Of a DNA stretch of 64,000 bases, positions 52,402-61,480 are shown one piece after another. This stretch comes from Squalus acanthias (taxonomy: Eukaryota): positions 49,478,001-49,542,000 of the forward strand of contig CM059432.1 of the NCBI GenBank assembly GCA_030390025.1, in the 5' to 3' direction. The notes below the pieces were generated by a model that was given only the letters and a program-made list of their open reading frames with translations, was not told the DNA's origin and ran no database searches. The translations under genes were made by a program, and so were the position numbers. Numbering within the stretch: position 1 is the first letter of the stretch; each line of letters opens with the position of its first letter.

Positions 52402-53346
52402 TTAGTTTAAATCCTCCCGAACTGCCTTAGCAAATATTACCCCGAGGACATCGGTTCCAGTCCTGCCCAAGTGCAGACCGTCCCTTTTGTACAGGTCCCA
52501 CTTCCCCCAGAACTGGTTCCAATGCCTCAGGTATTTGAATCCCTCCCTCCTGCACCACTGCTCAAGCCACGTATTTAATCTTGCTATCCTGTTCATGCTA
52601 CTCTGATTAGCACGTGGCACTGGTAGCAACCCAGAGATTACTACCTTTGAGGTCCTACTTTTCAATTTAGCTCCTAGCTCCCTAAATTCTGCTTGTAGGA
52701 CCTCTTCCCACTTTTTACCTATATCGTTGGTACCTACATGCACCACGACAGCTGGCTCTTCACCCTCCCTTTCCAGAATGTTCTGCAGCCGCTCCGAGAC
52801 ATCCTTGACCCTTGCACCAGGGAGGCAACATACCATCCTGGAATCTCGGTTGCGGCCACAGAAACTCCTGTCTAATCCCCTTACAATTGAGTCCCCTATC
52901 ACTATAGCTCTACCACTCTTTTTCCCGCCCTGCTGTGCAGCAGAGCCAGCCATGGTGCCATGAACCTGGCTGCTGGTGCCTTCCCCTGGTAGGTCATTTC
53001 CCCCAACAGTATCCAAAACGGTATATCTGTTTTGGAGGGAGATGACCGCAGGGGACTCCTGCACTACCTTCCTGATATTGCCCTGCCTCTTGGTCACCCA
53101 TTTACTGTCTGACCTAGCCTTTACCCGCGGTGTGTTCAACTCACTAAATGAGTAATCCACAAAGTTCTCGGCATCATGGATGCTCCAGAGTGAGTCCATC
53201 CGCAGCTCCAGTGCCGCCATGCGGTCCGTCAGGAGCTGCAGCTGGACGCACTTCCTGCACACATAGTTGCCAGGGACACTGGAAGTGTCCCTGATTTCCC
53301 ACATAGCACAGGAGGAGCACGACACGGTTCCGAGATTTCCTGCCAT
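52402..53346 (-). CDS. CR1 ORF1p: N-terminal CxxC..CxxC zinc finger / coiled coil plus SGNH esterase domain (314 aa)
   Basis: CSSC..CRKC. SGNH blocks VIGDSIVRG, LPGA, HVGTND and DGLH. ATG in context gtcATGG. Confidence 0.92.
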   Translation of the reverse strand: MAGNLGTVSCSSCAMWEIRDTSSVPGNYVCRKCVQLQLLTDRMAALELRMDSLWSIHDAENFVDYSFSELNTPRVKARSDSKWVTKRQGNIRKVVQESPAVISLQNRYTVLDTVGGNDLPGEGTSSQVHGTMAGSAAQQGGKKSGRAIVIGDSIVRGLDRSFCGRNRDSRMVCCLPGARVKDVSERLQNILEREGEEPAVVVHVGTNDIGKKWEEVLQAEFRELGAKLKSRTSKVVISGLLPVPRANQSSMNRIARLNTWLEQWCRREGFKYLRHWNQFWGKWDLYKRDGLHLGRTGTDVLGVIFAKAVREDLN

Positions 53347-54992
53347 GACTTAACCCTTATATTACTTTATTAAGTTAAGTCCCTGAAAACAAAATATAAA
53401 TCGAACCTACCTTTTAAATTCCCTCTACCCCTAAAGGTTAGAGGAGGTGGGAGGGTGGGAGACACTACTAGTGTAGTGTCTCGGGTTTAGCAACAGCTCC
53501 ACCTATATACGGGTACCAATGAATTGGCCCCGCCCTCTGACTTTGACCCCTGCTGATTGATTAGAAAACTGGTTTCCACTGCCTGCTGTGCCAATTTACT
53601 GCTACTGCAGTGTAACCTTGTTTTACTCTTCTTAAACCAACAGAATCCCAAATATTTAACTTTTCCCCTTCACTTAAACTGCTTAAGTACTCTTATCAAG
53701 AATGCGGGAAGGTGGAGTTGAGGTAGAAGATCAGCCATGATCTTGTTGAATGGTGGAGCAGGCTTGAAGGGCCAAATGGCCTACTCCTGCTCCTATTTCT
53801 TATGTTCTTATGTTTTGTGTGTGCTTTTGCGTAACCTACTGATGTCACGCAGTGCTACCCCAATGGCTGCAGCATAGCTGATGGAAGGCTGCTGACTTTC
53901 AGTGGAGGGCACTGAAAATGGCCTTGCTGGTTGACCTTGAAGAGCTGGTGGCTAGGTGTGTCAAATCAAGTGACGATGTTTCTTCTTCTTCTTCTTCACT
54001 CTCCTCTCCCTGTTCTTGGTCAATCACTGACTGGGCAAGCTGCATTTCTTGGGTGTGTGAAATGAGGAAGGCACAAGGGTAGAGTTGTGGTAAAGTGAGG
54101 GTGGGAAAGCAAGAGGTGCATGCCAGAAGGAGGATAACATATGAGGATACCTGTATCTTGTATCCTTTCTGCCCTGCCGCTGGCCAAGGGCTCAGCCGTG
54201 CCCCTGCCAAGAATAGCTAGCACCGTCTCCTCCAAGGGGTGAGGTGAGGCTAGGAATTGGAGATGTGGCTCGTGATTGGTACAGATTGCTGGTAGGTAAG
54301 TGATTGGAGGGGCAGGGAGTCATGCATTGAGCAGTATGTGATGTTAGTGGTACAGTTGGTAGGAAACGGCTTTTGAAGATGCATTCTTGACCAGTGGTCT
54401 GAGGTCATGAAGCTTCTTTGGAAGTGATGTGGTCCCACATCCTTCTTCCTGGAGGGCCTCCTGGCCCCTGTGGGTAGAGGACCTCTCTTGCAGTGTTGGC
54501 CCCCTGCACAAAGCTGAAGTGATCCTTCCATGACCCTGTGTGCCCCTTCCCTGGCTTGCTGAGCCATTTGTGTTAGTGCTGAAGCACTTTTCCCATCTTT
54601 TGAGGTTTGGAAGGGAATTCAGCTTTAAGTGCTGAAGACTCCCATTTGGGACTTCTTTATAATGTTAATTTTTTTTAAAAGGCAGTAAGGGCTGAAAACT
54701 GCATTTTTCCAGCATTTAATTTTTATTATTTCTGAACGCATTGTCCTTTTAATTCATTGCCCTTTTAATTACCCATAATTCCTTGCAAACTCCACAGCCT
54801 CACTTCTCGATGCTGTTAGAAGCTGGACCGCTACTTCAGGATGGGAACTTTGACTTCCATGCCTGCACTAACGCCACCAGGAGTGCGTTACACAGTAAGT
54901 TGGTGCTGGGCTAAAAATGTTTAGCCCTCAGCGCGAATTTTTCTCTGGTAGCACTTCATCAATTTTCAGCGCCTATTAACCTGAGTTGCCGG

Positions 54993-55195
54993 TGACAAAT
55001 TTTTCCTTCTCTAGTATATATCCAATCTCCTTTTGAAAGTTACTACTGAATCTGCTTCCACCACCCTTTCCAGCAGTGCATGCCAGATCATAACAACTCG
55101 CTGTGTTAAAAAGAAAATCTCCTTATCTCCCCTCTAATTTTTTTTGCTAATAACCTTAAATCTATGTCCTCTGGCTTCCAACTCTCCTGCCAGTG
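54993..55195 (-). mobile_element. CR1 3' fragment
   Basis: Similar to 34985-35165. Confidence 0.75.
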
Positions 55196-55519
55196 ATAAT
55201 GCTTTCACATGCTTCTTGTTTTGCCTGTGGAACTTTCTTGCAGGCTGTTTCATTGCGTAAAATTTGTCCTTTTTAATTTAGAAACTCAAACATAGAATTA
55301 TGCATTACTTGCTGAACGAGGGTTTTTGGCACATGCATTAAGCTGAGAGAAATCTGTGGTCTGTCTGTTGGTGACTGCAGTGTTATTTTTTTTCATGTCT
55401 CTCTGAGGCCCTACAATCCACTGGGGTAAAATTCATATGCCGTCTATCCTTCTTATAGTCATCTCTAGCTATATATATTTTGATTCTAAAAAATAAACAC
55501 GCTTTTTAAATAAAGGGCT

Positions 55520-56160
55520 ATGAAATTACTCAATTTTTTTGCATTTCTGGGGCTGTATTTCAACTTCAATTTGCAAGGTGCATTCTGGGGTGGGATGGGT
55601 TTCTGCCCATTAATGGCAACAATCCAAGCAACCTTGCAGGATTGGTGTAATATCACCAATGATGCTGCCTGGGCATGCATTCATCAGATAACTGACACAC
55701 TTTTCAGACGAGCTGGAGAGTATTTATTCAGTTTGGCATGACAGCAAGGCAACAGCATGATGGGTCCATCCAGTTTTATCATGTTGCTGGGTTCCCCAAA
55801 GTATAGGGTGCAACAGATCCTACATAATCCTAAAGCATTAAAAGCTCCCACAGTTAACCCTTTCAACTTTCTTAATAGGAAGTGGTATTACTCACTGAAC
55901 ATCCAGATTACGTGTGACCAGATGCAAAGAAACCTTCACATGAATGTCAAATTTGCTGGAAATTGCCTTGATTCCTTTGTCTTCAGAAATTCTGCCCTAT
56001 CTGAGCAGTTGAAGCTGACGGGATTGCTTGTGGATAGCAAGTTGTATCCCTAGCTGCCATGGATAATGCCCCCTTTAAGAGGTGCAAGAACAACAGCTGA
56101 GGAGTTCTATATCAAGGCACATATCTCTACCAGAATTGGAATAGTGAACCATTAGGGTCT
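55520..56160 (+). pseudogene. Highly decayed Harbinger transposase fragment
   Basis: FLNRKWYYSLNIQITCD..FAGNCLDSFVF..DSKLYP*LPWIMPPL..AHISTR. Confidence 0.75.
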
Positions 56161-56161
56161 C

Positions 56162-57160
56162 TTAAAGGAGGTCGGGAGCCGAGTGGTCTTGGCGGAACCC
56201 AAACTGGGCATCTGTGAGCAGGTTATTGGTGAGTAAGTGCCGCTTGACAGCACTGTCGATGACTCCTTCCATCACTTTGCTGATGATTGAGTGTAGACTG
56301 ATGCGGCGGTAATTGGCCGGGTTGGATTTGTCCTGCTTTTTGTAGACAGCACATACCTGGGCAGTTTTCCACATTGTCGGATAGATGCCAGTGTTGTAGC
56401 TGTACTGGAACAGCTTGGCTAGAGGCGTGGCTAGTTCTGGAGCACAAGTTTCCAGCACGATAGCTGGGATGTTGTTGGGGCCCAGAGCCTTTGCTGTATC
56501 CAGCGTGCTCAGCCGTTTCTTGATATCACGTGGAGTGAATCGAATTGGCTGAAGACTGGCTTCTGTGATGGTGGTGACCTCAGGAGTAGGCCGATATAGA
56601 TCATCCACTTGGCACTTCTGGCTGAAGATGGTTGCAAATACTTCAGCCTTGTCTTTTGCACTCACGTGCTGGGCTCCACCATCATTGAGGATGGGGATAT
56701 TCATGGAGCCTCCTCCCATTAGTTGTTTAATGGTCCACAACCATTCACGACTGGATGTGGCAGGACTGCAGAGCTTTGATCTGATCCGTTGATTGTGGGA
56801 TCGCTTAGCCCTGTCTATAGCATGCTGCTTCCGCTTTTTAGAATGCATGTAGTCCTGTGTTGCAGCTTCCCCAGGTTGGCACCTCATTTTTAGGTACGCC
56901 TGGTGCTGCTCCTGGCATGCTTTTCTACACTCCTTATTGAACCAGGGTTGGTCCCCTGGCTTGATGGTAATGGTAGAGTGAGGGATATTCCGGGCCATGA
57001 GGTTACAGATTGTGGTGGAATACAATTCTGCTGCTGCTGATGGCCCACAGTGCCTCATGGATGCCCAGTTTTGAGCTGCTAGATCTGTTCTGAATCTATC
57101 CCATTTAGCACGGTGGTAGTGCCACACAACACGATGGAGGGTGTCCTCAGTGTGAAGACA
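56162..57160 (-). mobile_element. Internal fragment of the 35286-38270 LINE family (open 321-codon segment)
   Basis: QPWFNKECR, GPNNIPAIVL, ANYRRISL, QFGFR. Closely similar to 36220-37160. Confidence 0.9.
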
Positions 57161-57979
57161 TGACAGTCAACCAGAAGCTTCCGCAAAATCTAGATAAGAA
57201 TGCTGATAAAACCCAAAATGTAACAACCCCTACCCTCTCAAGAAAAATAAATAGATCCTTCGTACTTTATGTAAGATTTTGACTGCATAAACAAACACTT
57301 TCTAAGCCTATTTAAAGTCTTCACTTAACGTGCTTTCCAATCATCTTCCTAATCAGTCTTAAGGTTTTGACAATTCTACAATAATCGATTTAGATGGAAT
57401 TTTATAGTTATCTTATAGTTATCCTATTCTCTCATTTTATATCTCTATTTAATATTTGTTCTTTTCTATTTGCTTTGGAACAGCACATTCAGTTCAGCTG
57501 TTAAGGGTTATAATCAACAATCAGATCGCTTTGTTTAATCTGAATGCCGTTAATGGGAAGCGTTAGGTTCCAAGCATTTTATCTTTTAATGGAAAGTATG
57601 CTCCACTGAATTATCCCATTGTCCTTAAATGTCAAAAAGAGAGACAACTGCAAACTGTACCAATGTCTTCCTCTGTGATTTAGAACTACTGCTTTTTTGA
57701 GAGGAGAAGATTTGTGTAGAACTGCCCTGATGTGATATTATGAAGCTCTGTTCCATTAGCCTTGTGCTTGGATATGGTGGGCCGTGGTCACTTCTTCCTA
57801 TTCATCAGGTCACATCAGGGAAGTTCAATATAATGGGGGTGATTGCCTTGGGGATCCTACCATTCATCTACCATAACATCGGCAGAAGAGCCATAGAAAC
57901 CTCAAGAAAAATATTGTAAATGATATTCTGTGGTACTCTACGATGAGTGGCTCATGTCCTGATCCCTCAATGTCTTCTA

Positions 57980-58165
57980 TTAGCTACAAGGCTTAAGTCA
58001 GAAGTGTGATGAAATACTACTCTAGATGGGTGCAACCCCAATAACACTCAAAAATCTCGACATTATCCAGGGCAAAAGCAGTTCACTTAACTAGCGCTGC
58101 TGCGACAGAAGTCAATATCCACTCCCTCCAGCACTGGTGAACTGTGGCTCCAATATGTAACATCT
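57980..58165 (+). repeat. Old fragment of the same LINE family (RT C-terminal region)
   Basis: ctacaaggc...gtgtgatgaaatac...acactcaa...tccagggcaaaagcag aligns with 37748-37940. Confidence 0.65.
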
Positions 58166-58471
58166 GCCTGTATACTCTGGTGTGGGGATACCGGCAAGTG
58201 TGTGCTTTGTGCTTATGGTGCAGCCTCAACAGCCTACCGCCCTCCCAACCCCTCTATTGCCCTTCCTCTTTTTCCAAGAAGCAAAGTTAGGAGGGGTGGT
58301 GGTGGTGGTGGGGTGCGGGCAAAGTACCAATGGCATGTCTTTGTGCCTTGACCAAAAAAGGAGAGAGTAATTGGCACCCCCACGCTAATGGCACAAAGGC
58401 AAATGACAACATAGATGGCAACAGCAAAAACAAAACAAAAATGACACTGTAACTGTACAGCTATAAGTTTT

Positions 58472-59103
58472 GAGGTCGATATTAACCCTACTCGCCTAGT
58501 GTTTGGACAGTTAAAATGAGCAGGTTTTTTTACCTGTTCAGATCACGACCATTTCAGACTGTTTGAGATGTTAACCTGCAGTGTTTAGCAGTCGGATGAG
58601 ATGCCAGTCTAAAGCAGATGGGAGCCTTATAAATTGATGCAAATCAGAGTCCTATTACATCAATAGGAATCTGATGCAATTTGCTGTGGCTTTCCCCTAG
58701 GCAGAAACAGATCTGCAGCTGGTCTGAAGATCGAAGAAACCCTTCTGGCAAGTCTAAAACTATCCTTTGGTGAAAGGAGGAGCAGGAGTACTTCTCCTGG
58801 CCTCTGTCCTTGACATCCCCCTTCCCTCCTGCAAGATCCTCCCGAACCCTCCCTGCCACTTATCTAGAAATCGGTGGGCAGCCAAGGGCTTGCCAATCTT
58901 CACCTGTCAATCTCTGCTCTACACCCTCTTCACGCCCGTTCTGGGTGGAATGAGACATTTAAGTGAGGGCTGGGAATTAAAATAGCCCAGGCTTGAAATT
59001 TAGGCCATTGAGTGGTTTTGCACTCACTTGACCCCCTCCCCCCACCCACACCCACCCCCTGCCCCTCAACTGCCTGAAGCCTGCTCTGGGTTAAAATCAA
59101 CCT
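58472..59103. mobile_element. Harbinger-type MITE, decayed
   Basis: TIR gaggtcgatattaaccc / gggttaaaatcaacctt. Confidence 0.65.
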
Positions 59104-60859
59104 TGAAAGCTACGGTAAGGGTACCAGATCAATGAATGGAGGGAAAGGACCTTGTAGAGGCTCTGCTCCCTCCAATTCGGGCCCACCACTTACCCGCTGA
59201 AGGCTTCAGTCTCTTCCAAAGTTATTAATGGGAGCTTTGAAGCAGTGTTTGGGGTTCTTCAGTACTTTAAATGATGCATCCACCTCTTTCTTGTGTTGCT
59301 GCGGTATTCTTGTTGCAGCACTGGCATGCTCCCGCCCGCTGGGAACCTGCTGTGGATAGGAAATAATGCCTGACCCAAGGAAATGGGTTGGTGGATTCAG
59401 AGGGACAGGCACATGTAATGTCCTGCTGGAACTCTGCCCATAAGTGAAGAATCCTGCCCAATGTTTTCCATTGTAGAGAGCAGCTAATTACTTATTTGAA
59501 GAGAACATAACCCTTTTACTTACAAGAGAATGCACAAGGAATTTCATAATATCAGATCAGTCTTAACTCGTGATTTAAACAGCCAAGGAGTTTTTTGAAT
59601 GTTAATGATTATCTCACAATCTGATGACATGAAAAATCAACTAAAAACACATAAGCTTCTTAGATTTTTATAGAATTTTAGGCAACAGAAAACAGAGTGA
59701 CATCATGATCTGGTTCAAAAAGTGCCAACAATCTCTCCACCGCAATCAGTGGCTGCTTACACTAAGTGAATAATGTTCACCTCAGAGAAATCAAATCTAG
59801 ATCTGAAAAGAGCAGCAGTGGAGGTGAGGTAGGGATAGAGGTGGGACATTTTGCAGAGGAGGACATAAAGCAGTTTTACTGATGGTTTAGATGTGGGGTT
59901 TGTAACTCAACTTTGGGTTGAACAGTACACCAAGGTTTAGGATGGCCTGATTCAGACTGGGCAAGTAGCTGGAGAGTGGGAAGGAATCTCTGGCAAAGGA
60001 GCAAAGTTTATGACGGGGGCCAGATAGTATTCGCAATATTCAGTTGGAGGAAACATTAACTCATCCACAACTTAAACTTTTAAAAGATGTAAAACTTTTT
60101 ATTCTGAGATGCAGTGAAGTTAATTAGACAGGAAAGGTTCCCTTTATCATCTGGGTCTTGTTTTTATTAATATATTCATATAGAGGGTGACTTGGTATCT
60201 GCCAGATAAAATATGTAAATTATTTTTCCACAGAAAAGTTTAAATTGAAAATTCCTAGGTGTTGATTCAGAACACGGCAGTAACATAGTGTAATAATAAT
60301 GAGTTCATTGTGCATATTTGACTAAGCAATTGGAAAACATCATTAGTATTGCTTCATGATGCATAGTAATCTATCAGTAAGGTTTAAACACTCATTTTAT
60401 ATTGGAAATTCTGTCATGTATAAAAAATCTATTAAACATATTGCCTTAAGTCTGTCAGCAGTAATAAGGTCTGATTCAACTGTGACTTATGGCACTTGAT
60501 GGTGTAAGAGGTTTCAAATATATGAATGCAGAGATTTTTTTAAACTGCGAAACACAGGTCCTTAGTGCAGGTTGAAAATAGTAGGAGGGAAGTTGAGGTA
60601 AATCAAGAAGTGAGATAATTATTAGTTAACTAGGTCTGCCCTTTATTAATTTGCTAAAAAGGTGTTTTTAATTCATTATGTGTGTTTAACTTATATCAAA
60701 CATGGAGTATTACAGTAACATTTCTAAAATAACTTTGTCCCTTAGAGTTCACTTTTTCACTTGTCAGTAGCAGAGAAGTAAAATACAGTCTGAATGTATG
60801 CCCTTTCTCATTATCCAGTAACTGATAAATGCAGTAATTAATAAAGTGATAAACACATA

Positions 60860-61360
60860 GAGGTAGAAATTGGGCCTTGTTGCGCCCATTTTACAAGTGT
60901 AAAACGTGCACAGCGAGGTCCAATTTTGAGGATCGACATCCTGTGCTCCAAAGACACCTGAAAAACATCCAGGCAAAATTGGGTCAGGCCATTTTTCAGC
61001 TGACCCAGGCAATTGCCTAAAACAGGCGTTGAACCCTTTCAGAAGCTGGATATCACAGACCAGAGCAGGTGTATGGCCTGCTAAACTCATGGCCTAAGCA
61101 ATGGTCGCCAATAAAAGGTAAGATTTAAAAATATATGTATTTTTTAAAAACATTGCTATGGAGCCAGGAGGAGCAGGAATGCTGCTCCAACTCTGCAGTC
61201 ATCCAATCTCCACCTCAGTTGGCGCTACACCCCAGCCCTCTCCCGGAAATGATTGAAATGAGGCCCGAGGCCCAATTTTGGGCCAGCCTGGTTGTGGTGT
61301 ATGCTGCTGGTGCAGCACCAATTCTGGGTCCAAAAGTGGGCACAGACTAATTTCTGCCCC
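60860..61360. mobile_element. Harbinger-type MITE
   Basis: TIR gaggtagaaattgg / ctaatttctgcccc with TSD ATA. Confidence 0.75.
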
Positions 61361-61480
61361 ATAGGCCTAAAAATTGTTCAGCTGTCCTGGTCAAGTCCCA
61401 TGATAACATTGGCAGGAATCCAGCAGAGTGGCTGCAAATTCTACCGGTACCTAGAATTGCCAGATCCCAGATGAAATTCC

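Larger units (their letters stand above)
49311..53700 (-). mobile_element. Apparently full-length CR1 LINE (~4.4 kb)
   Basis: 5' UTR, ORF1, ORF2, 3' UTR and (TTTCTATG)n tail. No clear TSD. Confidence 0.95.
49040..53812 (+). mobile_element. Short CR1 3' fragment (49040-49312 + 53701-53812) split by the full-length CR1
   Basis: LIETYKILKGLDRV..GIKGCGD, resuming at gcgggaaggtggagttgaggtagaagatcagcc...ttcttatgttcttatg. Confidence 0.88.
48121..54987. mobile_element. Decayed Harbinger element hosting nested CR1s (boundaries approximate)
   Basis: Left end ggctaaaaattc. Transposase-type acidic tail and 3' UTR at 48680-49040. Myb/SANT exon remnants on - at 53930-54567 (MAQQAREGAHR.., LEETVLAILG.., EEEEEETSSLDL). 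Confidence 0.6.

Noticed and set aside
52374..52404. Stop-restart (TAAtATG) initiation of ORF2
   Set aside because: That ATG is not in the ORF2 frame in either CR1 copy, and here it closes after 8 codons.
53383..53410. GTAGGT...TTTTCAG mini-intron before CR1 ORF1
   Set aside because: Only 28 nt, too short for a vertebrate spliceosomal intron.
53415..53505. HDV-like ribozyme in the CR1 5' UTR (CCUCCUC motif next to a hairpin)
   Set aside because: I could not build the nested P1/P2/P3/P1.1 double pseudoknot by eye; only a simple hairpin is supported.
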